A DNA stretch of 64,000 bases from Perkinsus chesapeaki ATCC PRA-425. Taxonomy: Eukaryota; Protista; Perkinsozoa. The translations under genes and the position numbers were made by a program. Shown here piece after piece: positions 21,701 through 32,792 of the stretch; the stretch's first letter is position 1, and each line of letters starts with the position of its first letter. Where the stretch lies: positions 77,820-141,819 of the forward strand of contig JAAPAO010000015.1 in assembly GCA_013115145.1 (NCBI GenBank), in the 5' to 3' direction. Under the pieces are notes generated by a model. It worked only from the letters and a program-made list of their open reading frames with translations, did no database searches and was not told the DNA's origin.

Positions 21701-23353
21701 ATGCGTTTCATTTTACCACAAGTCTATCTACTGCTTCATCACATTGCTATTGCAGAGGACTTTGATGCTGGCTGGGATGATGATACCGATTATGATGATG
21801 ACTTCGTGACCCATGAAGGTCGTATCATTCTTTCCTGTCTTGCCCTACTCGCGTTTAGACCATGAAGATCCTGCCGATGACACAGACCAACTGCACATAC
21901 TGGACAAGGAGGAGATGCGGAGTCTATTTGTTGACCATATTGATACTAACAAGTGATAACTCTTCGGTGGTTGCGATACACTGATCGTATAGGGATGGTT
22001 TTATCACCTTGGAAGAGATGGAAGATGCATCCCAGAGAGTCGCCAGCCTGGAGGCTCGCCACCAGGTCCTAAATGCGCCTGTATTAGGCCTCCAGGTTGA
22101 TTGTTAGATAGAAGCGGAGATGGGTAATATTGACAAGGATGGAGATGGCCTATTAAACTTTGAGGAGTTCATGAGTCTTTATGATCTTTCAGAAGGTAAT
22201 GCCCGCTGGCTGACCCAAACGAACGGATAATCTTTTGTAGGTGGGCCACAGGGAGAGGCCCGAGAGGCTTGGGTGAGTGCTACTACTACTACTACTACTA
22301 CTGCTGCTGCTACAGCGACAGGTCTGACGAGGTTGGTAACGGTGTTGTCAGGTAGAAGGCAATAAGCGTTCTCTGAAGGACTTGCTGACGGCGGGGGATG
22401 CTGATAAGGACGGCAAACTGGACGTAGACGAGTTCGTACAGCTTCTTTCCCCGCCTCCTGGCTCTGCCCTGGCGAAGGTAGGATGGGTCATGAACTATGG
22501 CTATAGGTGTATCGTTGTTTGCTAGGCTATGATGAAGGCTGAGTTTACTTATAGAGACATGGACCAGGACGGGAAGCTCAGTTCAAGCGAGAGACACGTT
22601 GTAGTAGGGCGTTATTGGATAGCAAGTGACCAGGGACTCAGGAGCAATCTGCTGATGAAGTGGCGGTGGATATCATTAGCGACGAGGACTTTGTCAAGTA
22701 TGACGTTGATGGTAGTGCATTTGGGGCGAGGGGGCAGAGGAGTGCTTTACTACCGTGGGGGATAGGTGATGGATATCTGAGCTTGGCCGAGTTTGAGGAG
22801 TACGGACGGAATCTTATCATGGAGAATTCAGGAATGAGACGGGAGATTTTGGAAGAGATGGATGCTGATAAAGATGGCAAGATAAGCGTTGATGAGGTAT
22901 GCATTTGAACCAACCTATTGCGTATCTTTGCGCACGCGTGCCATTTTAGTTGGAGAAGCTCTTAGAAGAGGAGTCTGAATACCATAGTATAGGCACCCAC
23001 CCACTGGTCCAGGATTGGATCCTACTCTTGCACGAGGTAGTACTAAACAGGGAGCGTCTCCTTACCTTGCTTTAGGGCATGCGCCATCTTCCGGATGACT
23101 TGGCTGCCTTTGAGGACCAAGTATGCCTAGGGTTGGAGATAAGATGTAACCTCTCTATTTTAGGATGATGATGGTATGGATGAGGACCGGATTCAAAAAG
23201 ATGTGCAATATGCAGCAGATCTAGGTCTGAAAATCATACATTCGATCAATGGCAACCCCCTTACCCTCAGGTGCCGAAGTAGGCTTCTCGGAGGAGGAGG
23301 GGGCCTCGGATGAGGTTGATGATATAGCCGCAGATGACGCCGAAGAGCTGTGA
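21701..23353 (+). CDS. Secretory-pathway multi-EF-hand Ca-binding protein (CREC/reticulocalbin/ERC-like)
   Basis: Signal peptide MRFILPQVYLLLHHIAIA; about six EF-hand loops (DTNKDGFITLEE, DKDGDGLLNFEE, DADKDGKLDVDE, DMDQDGKLSSSE, DVDGDGYLSLAE, DADKDGKISVDE); spliced C-terminus ends AEEL-stop, a KDEL-like ER retention signal. Confidence 0.85.
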
Positions 23354-23442
23354 TGAAGTGTGGTGCCATGGTATACGTTTACTGTTACCCGGCCGCATCC
23401 TTGAGTTAGTAGTCTCTCAATCCATCGGGGAGCTTCGTGGTC

Positions 23443-23987
23443 ATGTCCAGCATGGAGAGAAGTCGGCCTTTGGCTGTCCAAGTGGAGGAGATCCGCCGCC
23501 ATACCGAGGAAAGGATGGCCAAAGCTAGACGGTTATTAGCAGAATCAGAAGGTCTGCGAGCTAGAGCGATGAAAGCCGCAGCTAAGGTGACATCACGGCT
23601 GCTGTTGCTGCTGCTGGCAGCCGATAAGTGTGAGAATGCAGTTGGATATTGGGCTTGGTGAGCTGCTGGGTAATGCTAGAGAGGCTTTAGAGGCAACAGC
23701 TGAAGCACATAGGAGGGTATACATGTGGGATGTGTCGGGTTGCGGGAAGTAGTGCTGAATAGGACCTACATGAGATGGCCGCGGGACAGTGTGGAGACTA
23801 CTCCTTCATGGCTCGCCAAAAAGAGGCTCGAAGGAGGCGTGTTGAGGTATATCCCCGCATCTTGCATTCACTCAACTTAGCTGCATATTAGGATATCGTC
23901 GCCAATCTGGAGCTATTATATTGTCGTATTACATATATTGAAAGGCAGCTGGGGATAGCAACATCTGATGTCGGCTTGGTGATGTAG
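23443..23987 (+). CDS. Small coiled-coil hypothetical protein
   Basis: Exons EEIRRHTEERMAKARRLLAESEGLRARAMKAAAK, ARQKEARRRRVE and DIVANLELLYCRITYIERQLG flanked by GT-AG pairs. Confidence 0.4.
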
Positions 23988-24109
23988 ATGTTACCTTGCT
24001 GTACTGTTGATAACCATCATCATGGTCACAGTGATCCATTGTATCCATACCACACTTTGGTTAAATCATCATCTGGGGGTATACGTAGGGGATCCACAGA
24101 CGTTAAAAT

Positions 24110-25460
24110 ATGATGTCTTGGCGTTCATCACTTTCCCGAGCCTTCCGCAGGCAACGTCACCTTATGGAGGCTGCTGCTAAGTTCACTACAGTCACAGGAG
24201 TCTTGGCCGTCTCTGGTGTGGCCGTGGTGGGTGGTACTGTGTTATGTTACGAGACTGCAGGGCCAATGGTAATCAGGAGGGCTGTGCCAGAGTGAGTGGT
24301 ATGGGTATCTTGAGCTGTATAGGAATGCCTGTTTCAGGTATGGTAGCTTCCGGGATGATACACCATATGTTGAGGAGACGTTGGGAGTGCAGTTCCCCAC
24401 AAAGATAGCAGTTGGTGTGCCTCCCAATCTAAGGTAGTTATCATCATCTGGGCCATGGGGGGGGGGTATCTTTTTCTGATTAGGAGTGTAATTCCTGTTC
24501 AACTTCCCCCACTTGTTCCATTCTTTTTAGCCCCCTTGAGGGATACGTTAATGTGATGGTAATCACCTTCGGTCTGATTCGTGCTTTAGTAGCGTCGCCT
24601 AGGCAGGAGGGATGTGTGGATATGTGGATATGTAGTTTTCGGTAGAAGAGAAGGTCGAGAAAAACTAACAAAAGGAGATGATGTTTGCACCTCTAGCGCT
24701 TGTCTTTAATCCCGAGAAAGGAGGCTGAGGGATTTTACGGCATTGCTGCTGCTGTTATTGTCAGGTCCCACGTTATAGTGGGTGCTGCACCGAGATGTAT
24801 GCAGAACCTGTGCTGGTTTGGTCCGGCTAGAGCATATGCACTAGGTGAGGGTAGAGGGAAGGGAAAGTGAAGGAAGGTCTCAGGCATTTACATATCGGAG
24901 GCACATCTGAACCGGGTTAAGGCCGACGGTGGGTCGGCAGACAGCGTCTTCGCCCCGGCTGTTGAGAAGACTTTTTACTTTAATTTCATTACTAAGAAGG
25001 ATTCCAAGTAGCGAGGTTGGCGGCGGCTGTATGGTGCGTAAGAAGGATCCTCCTCCATAGGCATGTCCGACAGGGGTTCGAGAGATCTATTAACTCCTAC
25101 CTCGATGTGATAGAGGTGCCAAAAAGGCAGAAGCCGGCCGAGGAGCAGGTGGCCGAGTTCATTGCTGTGCTGAAGGGACGGGAGCTCCAGAAAGGAGATT
25201 ACATGGAGGTAGGTGAGCAGCAGGATGGGTAAAGAGGGTTGTCTGGGGTAAAGGTTCAATGCTTGCCAAGTGAGAGGAGAGTGGTAGTGAAGTTCAATGG
25301 TGAGGTGGAAGCTGATATAAGAGGTACTATGGGTAAAGGGTAATGATTGTTATTTAATGTTCCAAATTGACATGGTGGTTAATAGTGTGATAGTGGGTGC
25401 CTTGGTAGAACTGAGGGGGTTGGGATTATCTGGATCTTACTGGAAGTGAGGAGTTTAGCT
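24110..25460 (+). CDS. Chalcone-isomerase-fold protein (Aim18/Aim46/FAP-like) with mitochondrial-type presequence
   Basis: Arg-rich N-terminus plus hydrophobic segment; VEETLGVQFPTKI, IVGAAPRCM...AYALGIYISE, HVRQGFERSI, LKGRELQKGD and RVVVKFNGEVEADI match the order of CHI-like motifs. 3' end uncertain. Confidence 0.55.
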
Positions 25461-25521
25461 CCTTTAAACTGAACATCAGGCTGACCACAATAATCGCAAT
25501 CAATTTAATTCCTATTGATCA

Positions 25522-26783
25522 ATGTATATGGTATACCATCACTCACCACCACCAACGCCAAAACCTCGTACTGTTCCGTATTCCATCAGGTACGGTTATC
25601 ATTCACGCTCTACATGCCATTTACTTTGGCAACCCCACTAGAGGCCCAAAGTACACCTTATCACACTTTAGAAGTTATCGGACATCCCGTCATCATCATA
25701 GGTACCAAAACATGACGGATAGGTTCCTTTCTGGAGCCACCAAATCCTTGGCCTCGGACTGACCAATGAGGGCTTTTCTTCTCCCCCTCCAGCATGCTAG
25801 CTGTTACGCGTTTCTGTACCTCCCATCGGCCCTCGAGTTACTTGAGTGCTGTCGATTCCTTCCCAGCTTAGATTTTCCATGTTGGGCGACCCTCGAGGAG
25901 TGTTCGGCGATGGCCATGGGCACGATACCGTTGACGATGAGAAGGAGCTTAGCCCTTCAGACCTAGCAGTTGTGGTAGTGCCTTTTGTGGGGGCTCAAAC
26001 CGTCTCTATCTAGGCCGTCTCAGGTAGTATCTGGGCTAGTGCGGCCAGTCCGGCCAGCAGCAGTCACCAAACTCCTCACCAATAACAGCGCCGTTCGTAT
26101 AGTAAGGGAATGGACTGAGCCGGCGAAGAAGGTGGGGGAGAGGTCGAATGGTACGGAGGATCCATACCCTTAGAGCTTTGCTGTTGTGGAGTACTACGAC
26201 GAGGCTACGGCAAAGCGAATGGGTAGGAACATCCAGAACACGAAATGGAATCAAGAGCACAAGCTCACGGTTGACTTCCTCAAGAGGAGCCAGGTAGCGC
26301 CCCAGCAGAGGCTCGCGTCATTACTGTGGCTCTTAGTTTTCGGAGGTTGCTATTGACGGCTCAGCATCGGACAGAAAGCGTGGTGGAACCTCCTCATCTG
26401 ATGAAGATAGTAAATCGCGGAAACGGCAGGATGGGAGATCCGATGGCGGCCACCATCACAGTGAGACTGACACTCGCGCCGTGGAGGCTATGGTAGAAGA
26501 GAAACAGCGAGTTTTGGATGAGTTGAGGAATGTAAGGAATCCTTGCTCGGCGGAAGGGTCCAGAGATCTGCTGTTTGTCAGCATAAATTTTTGCCAACCA
26601 CCTCTGCGTCATCCGGCACAACGCTCCTGTGGATGCCCTGTACGCACAAGCAATCAGAAAAGCTCCAGGCTCAGGTCGGTGGGGTACCTCCCGCTAGTGG
26701 CTAGTATTCCGGCAGATAGCGAAGAACGGCGGCAAGTTCCCGACAATCCCGACGCCAGGGGACTATCCGGCAGTACGAAGTGA
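25522..26783 (+). CDS. Acinus-like RRM protein (ASAP/EJC-associated) with RSB-like motif
   Basis: VSGLVRPVRPAAVTKLL...FAVVEYYDEATAKRMGRNIQNTKW..HKLTVDFL resembles the Acinus RRM; a later VLDEL...SVGYLPL resembles the RSB motif. Exon structure approximate. Confidence 0.6.
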
Positions 26784-26883
26784 TTGATCATATCTGACTT
26801 GACAATTTATTGAGTACATTTGAACTATTTACCGAGGAGGATACGTTTACTCTATACATATTCTGATGGCCTTTCATTGCAGT

Positions 26884-29694
26884 GCATGTTAATCGATAAG
26901 GAGGGGTTGTGTCGTAGCAAGCATCACTACTTTTCTCTCCATGCCAGAGAAGTCGGTCAGATGTCTGCGGGTGCCGATGTTCTTATCATTGCTTTGTCTG
27001 ATGGATTTGGCAGCATCCCAATTTCAGTGCGATGTGAGGCAGTGAATGTTTGCTATTAGAGAGGTTCATTTACTGGCGGCCTTACTCAGCCTCTAACGGA
27101 TCCTTCGTGCTGCAGCGCCGGACAGTATCTGGACGCAGTGCAAGGATGTAAAAACTGTTCTAAAGGAGAGTTTAAGGTGCGTCAAAATCGACATCGGCAG
27201 GATTCGAACCTGCGCGGGCGGAGCCCATTGGATTTCAAGTCCAACTCCTTAACCACTCGGACACGATGTCACTGTGATTATGTTCCGTCCTAAGCACTAC
27301 CTCCATCCTCAGCCACTCCCGGGGCAATCGGCATCTTGCTTCCCCTGCCTCCCTGGATCATTCTCCGACTCTGAAGGACTGCCATTATGTGAAGCTTGCC
27401 CTATCGGAAGTTATGAAGCTGGCACTGGTACGGCAGCATTGCCATGCCTATCCAGAGTCACTGGCCCTACAGTGTCTGGCAGGTTCATTGCAGTGTACCA
27501 TTTGCCCTGAAGCCAGCAAGCGGAAGACGACCGGGCCCGGGACACAGTCTGTCCAGGGGTGTGTGTGCAGTGAAGGTTACTTTGCATCCTGTCCTGAACC
27601 CGATGGTCTATGCCCGGTCTATACACCCTCCAACACCACTTATCTTGCACCATGCCAGGAGTGTCCGACAGATATGAACTGTTTGGGTGGGACAGAGAGA
27701 CTTGATGGGGTGAGATAGCTATACACTATACCATAGCAATGCTTCCCCAGATTCACTACCACGCCCGTCCGGTAGTGGCTTCTGGGGCATGGGCAGATCC
27801 TGCAGACCCATACAGGCTCCGCAAGTGCATTAGTGGGAAAGAGTGCCCTGGAGGTGGAAACCGTGCTTCGGAGTCTCTGACCTCTTGCTAGGTCCTGTCG
27901 GCGACCTGTGTTCGGAGCATCGCATTGGTCTCGTTTGTGCAGTTTGTGAATCTGGGTAGTCAGTCTTGTCATACCAACTTTTTGCTAAAATAGCAGTAGG
28001 TTCTATCACAGCAGTGGTGGCTGCGCTGAATGCAGTGGGTCGGACAGCATTATCCTGCCTGTCTTGGTCATTGCGGTCCTCCTCGTCTATCATTTTACCT
28101 ATAACCTTATGAACCGAGAGGTCCATCAGGTACCGATGGAATACCATATTTCCGCTACATCACGGCTTCAGGAGGTTACTGCCGACGTGTCGATAGCAAT
28201 GTCACTGGGCTCACTGGTGACCTATCTCCAGCTTATCGCTTTGTTCTCCCAAATTGGCTTTGAGTGGTCCAGTGAGGTCGTCGGCTGGATCCATGTAAAT
28301 CAGGCTGCGGTGCATGCTCGGCTACTCAGGTTTCTACCTTACTCGACATTGCCAAGGTGTTCCTATTCGACTTTGATATCCTCCGATTAGAGTGCTTCAT
28401 TGACGGGTCATATCAAAGCCTTTGGAGATACATTACTGGACTTGCAATTCCTTATGGTCTTATCATGTCAGTCGGCATTCCTGGACTTGGTTATGCTCGA
28501 TTAGTCAAACCTTCATTATGATGAGTAGTTTCAAACAAGCTCGATAGTACAGATTAGGTACATATGGCTCTTCTATCTCATTGTTAAAGCGTTAACTATA
28601 GCAGATAGGCTAGGAATGACCTTGGATAAAAGCATCAATATGACTGGTCAAGTCGGGCTACCCGTCATCACAGTCTAACCCTCCGAGTCACATGTTAGGT
28701 CATATGCGTCATGCTGCTTGCAATGACATCAACCGCAGTGGCTCCCTTCCAGTGTTACTCACATAACGGTCAGGGTGACAAAAGCCTTGTACGATATCCC
28801 GATGTTGTCTGCGGCTCTGGTGACCATCACGTACTTCTCTACCCTCCCTTCTTCCAGAGGGCCATGTGTCCTTCTCAGGTCATGATCGCCTTAGCCGTTT
28901 TATCCTCAGCGTTCATTGTTGGCTTTCTATTATTCTGCTTCTTTCTCAATCGTTGGGCAGCTGATGAGCTATCTGGTGAACGAGGAAAGGTCTTCAGTAT
29001 CCGTTACAGGTTCTTGTTCTATCGTATGCGGCAGGATCGGTATCAGTTTGGCCTGTGGCTGATGCTCCGTAACGTGGTCCTGGCCTTGGTACCAATTGTT
29101 AGACCAGACGATCCCTATCTAAAGCTTGTTCTCTTCACGCTCTGTGGGGGCGCTGGTCTCGGCATCCAGTGCTTCTTCTGGCCGTGGCGGACAAGCATGG
29201 CCAACGTGTGTGATCTCCTTTGTATGCTACTTATCGTCTTTGTGGCATCTGCTGCCTCATTCTTCATACCAGAGCTCGTTAGTGTCGGCCCCGATGGGTA
29301 TAAGATAGCGCTGATTGTCCTTTTCTTCGTGGGTCTAGCTTACCTACTCCTCCAGTTGGCTTACTTTCTTTACCTCCTTTGGGATCGAGGCCCTTTGGGT
29401 GTTATATGTGATGATGTTGACCTAAGACATGAGCTCAATGGTTTATGGAACAAAGTGATGCTCGTCTCGTCAAAGAACAAATCTGGCTACGACTTCACCG
29501 AAGAAATGAACCAGTACGAGTTGAGCCGCCTTTCTCTCCTCCTCGGTGAGAAACCTCCAACAACTTGCCTTTTTGCCTTTGCAGATGCTTTCAGATGTGA
29601 TATCCCGCCATATCCTATTGCAGCCGCCTGCGGACACAACTCCTCCTCGTCGGCGAGGTCTAGTGAGACAGCTGACTATGGGCAAAGCTCATAG
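26884..29694 (+). CDS. Cysteine-rich (GCC2/GCC3, ephrin-receptor-like) multipass membrane protein
   Basis: CSAGQYLD..GCKNCSKGEFK, CFPCLPGSFS, CEACPIGSYE, CVCSEGYF and CQECPTDMNCLGG followed by several TM segments (ORFs 28064..28390 and 28711..29694). No clear signal peptide; 5' end uncertain. Confidence 0.7.
27189..27270 (-). tRNA. trnS-TGA: tRNA-Ser (anticodon TGA), nested antisense in an intron
   Basis: Reverse complement GACATCGTGTCCGAGTGGTTAAGGAGTTGGACTTGAAATCCAATGGGCTCCGCCCGCGCAGGTTCGAATCCTGCCGATGTCG: 7-bp acceptor GACATCG/CGATGTC, anticodon arm TTGGA-CTTGAAA-TCCAA, long variable arm, T-arm GCAGG-TTCGAAT-CCTGC, discriminator G, TTTT just downstream. Confidence 0.97.
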
Positions 29695-29863
29695 AGTCCA
29701 TTATGAACGAGGAAGGACAATGATGACTAGACGAGGCTCTTCAGTCATCGTCACATGAGTTTAATTAATCGGCATGTTGATGATGTTATCTCTTCAAGCG
29801 ATGTGTTCCACTTTAGGAAATGCATGATGCTGTATCTTAGTGTTGGCTTATTACGCAAAGACG

Positions 29864-30610
29864 ATGTCCGTCGCCGATAGAGTTGATAAAGAACTCGATC
29901 TTCTCAAAGTGACGAAGGTTAATACGAAGAAACAGCCTAAGAGCTGTCCCCTCTGTCACAAGATATTCTCCAAGTTCGCTGGTGAAAATCAGCAGAGGCG
30001 CCACATTGACGCCTGTCGTAAAAGGAAAGGCATCGCATCCCTTCCGACACCACAAGCTCAAGCGCCGCCGCCGACCGATAAGACCAAGTCCGGCAAAGAG
30101 TTCAACTTTAAGCGCTTGAGTCTGACTGCAGAGTTCGAGAGGCTCGCCAGGGAAAGAGCAGTGCCGCTTGATTGCCTCATCAACGGAGCAACCAGTCTAG
30201 GCAACCCGGAGGAGGTTAACACGTATAGATCGCGTATCTTGAAAGATACGCGTGACCTCGCTGCTAAGGTTAGACAATTGGCATCGGAGACGAGGCCTCT
30301 AGTAGAGAGTCTTGGCTGGGCTCGATACTTCCCTAGGGCGGCCTTTAATTGGGGCTTCCAGTCCTACGTTGCCGGCGACCGCATGCTCCTCGGCAGGGCT
30401 TGGCAGCAGAGGTGTCGGCAACGACAAAGCGACCTACTGGACCTCAACACCGATCCTCGGTGTGTCGTGGCTCTGTCGGTTATCGACCTATCAACTGCAT
30501 TCGCCGAGCTAGAGTTCCGCTACCATAAGCCACGGGAACGTCTGAATACCAGACGCCGAGAGAATAATAAAATGAAGAAGAAAATGATGGCCGTGAAGAC
30601 GGAAGGATGA
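29864..30610 (+). CDS. Intronless hypothetical protein with an N-terminal UBZ-like C2HC zinc finger
   Basis: CPLCHKIFSKFAGENQQRRHIDAC (CxxC...HxxxC); continuous 249-aa ORF with a basic C-terminus. Confidence 0.55.
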   Translation: MSVADRVDKELDLLKVTKVNTKKQPKSCPLCHKIFSKFAGENQQRRHIDACRKRKGIASLPTPQAQAPPPTDKTKSGKEFNFKRLSLTAEFERLARERAVPLDCLINGATSLGNPEEVNTYRSRILKDTRDLAAKVRQLASETRPLVESLGWARYFPRAAFNWGFQSYVAGDRMLLGRAWQQRCRQRQSDLLDLNTDPRCVVALSVIDLSTAFAELEFRYHKPRERLNTRRRENNKMKKKMMAVKTEG

Positions 30611-30956
30611 TGAGCACCTTCCGATCCGGCCTTGAGTTACTTAGGCACCGTAGCCTCCATGAATACGAGGTAGTCACATAGTGGCCCCGTGGCTTCGGTC
30701 CTCCTAGGGGGACCTTCAATGCTTACTTCTCACTGTCCATGTGCGTGCCCGATTGGATACGACAGAAAAAGGCCTTGTGTTGGATTATTTTCAACCTCCT
30801 TTGAGTGGTAGGATTCTCGGTCCCCTTCCGATCATGGACAACATCAAGTTTGATGATGAGCTTGTTGAAGAAGACCCCGAGCAGTAAGTGGCGGTCGGAT
30901 AGTATGCGGCATGATGCCCCTCCAGTGTGGTCATCCACCGCCCAACATATCCAACC

Positions 30957-32569
30957 ATGGCGGACGTTGACGGAGGAGGTCTCGCTGAAGGTGATGATGA
31001 TGATGCTGAGGAAAGAGGCCTTGCATCGAGCATCGACTATAACCAAGTCCCTACTTACCCTGAGAGACCGACCTTTGAATCCAAGCCCCTACCTCTACGA
31101 TACGAGACACAGTGTAGGTTGCGATCCCATCAAAAGATGTGGTTCAAGCCAGCAACTACTCTGAGCCAGGATCTGGGAGCTCTCTATCTATCCTCCTGTC
31201 GTAGGTGTTGCATTCGACCCCTGCAAGTCTGACCCTAACCATCCATCAAGCATGCCGATATATCAGACAGCTACGTTCGTGCAGCCCAGCATTGAAAGAT
31301 TTGGTCCATACGATTACACCAGGTCCGGAAACCCAACTCGAACTGCCGTCGAGCAACTGTTGGCTGGTAAGCGTCACGGCGCTCTTCACCAGTGAGCCTC
31401 ACTTTCTGCCAGGTCTGGAAGGAGCTCATGCAGCGTTCTCCTTCAATACCGGAATGGCCGCTCTAGCTGCCGTCACTAAGCTATGTGATGCTGGTGATGA
31501 AATCATCTGCGGTGACGACATCTATGGCGGGATGCATCGGTACGATCGCACCGCTATCGACACACGTCGTATTACTGATCCATTCCAGATTACTCAGCCG
31601 CATTATCAAACGGTACAACATCAAGGTGCACTTTGTTGACTTGAGCGATACCAGCGCGGTGGCCGCAGTGCTATCGGACAAGACACGCATAGTGCATTGT
31701 GAGAGCCCTTCAAACCCCCTTATGAGAATCACCGACCTTCGAAGGTGGGAGCTGATCACGCGAGATGCTCTCCATTTGCTGCCTTCAGACTCTCCGCCCA
31801 ACTAAAGGCATTTTCTTCTCGCATCATCCTCTCGGTTGACAGCACCATGATGAGTCCTTATTGGATGCAGCCTCTTCGTTTGGGTGCTGATGTGGTGGTT
31901 CACAGCGCCACTAAATTCCTATTGGGGCACAGTGACACCATGGCGGGCTTCGTTTGCACGTCGACGCAGCAGTTGAGCTCCGCAATTGCCTTCGTGCAAA
32001 ATGCAGAAGGCACGGCTTGCTCGCCATTCGACTGCTGGCTCATCTTAAGAGGACTCAAGACGCTTTGTATCCGCCAGGACAGAGCTGAAGAAAACGCTCA
32101 GAAGGTCGTGGCATTCCTAGCCAACCATCCGATCGTTAGAGAGGTAAGGAGATGTCTTCCACGGTCCACATGTTCCACCTAGGTCTACTATGCCGGTTAC
32201 TGTCCGCCCGACGGTTCAGAAAAGCAACGGGAGAACCAGCGCATACATTTGAGCCAGGCCCGATCGGGCGGTGCAGTGCTTAGTTTTACAACAGGAAGCG
32301 TTCGACTATCACGAAAGATATGCGATGCTGTCCACCTTTTTAAGATCACCGTATCGTTTGGGTCCTGTAATTCCCTTCTTGAGATGCCTTGTGTGCTTTC
32401 GCATGCATCTATACCGGCAGAAATGCGTACCCTGCCTGAGGATCTGCTCCGACTAAGCATCGGAATCGAGCACTACGAAGACCTTATAGCTGACCTCGAC
32501 CAAGCCTTCCGTGCTGCTTTGCTGCCAAACAGTAAGGTACCGAAAGACAAACCCTCTGCTGACCGATGA
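30957..32569 (+). CDS. metC: Cystathionine beta-lyase (Cys/Met metabolism PLP enzyme), multi-exon
   Basis: MPIYQTATF, YDYTRSGNPTR, FNTGMAAL, GDDIYGGMHR, CESPSNPLM, VDSTMMSP, HSATKFLLGHSD (PLP Lys), SPFDCWL, SFGSCNSL, LLRLSIGIEH. Confidence 0.9.
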
Positions 32570-32792
32570 GGTATGCGATGATAGCCTAACGGCCGCCGCA
32601 TAGAAGATGCTTGTGTCGTGCCTGTGTGACCGATAGAAAGTTCTGTTTTCCTCACACAAGTCCATAGAGTTGTGCACACTGAAGTTTTGTTAATACACAA
32701 CCCGCATGAGCTCCAATGGAGCTGCTCCATCCCTCTCCTTACGCTTGCCGCGACAGTGATGTTCGCATTCCGAGCCCCTCGGTTCGGTGGCA

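Noticed and set aside
22280-22315. (ACT)n/(CTG)n microsatellite
   Set aside because: Short, intronic and ordinary.
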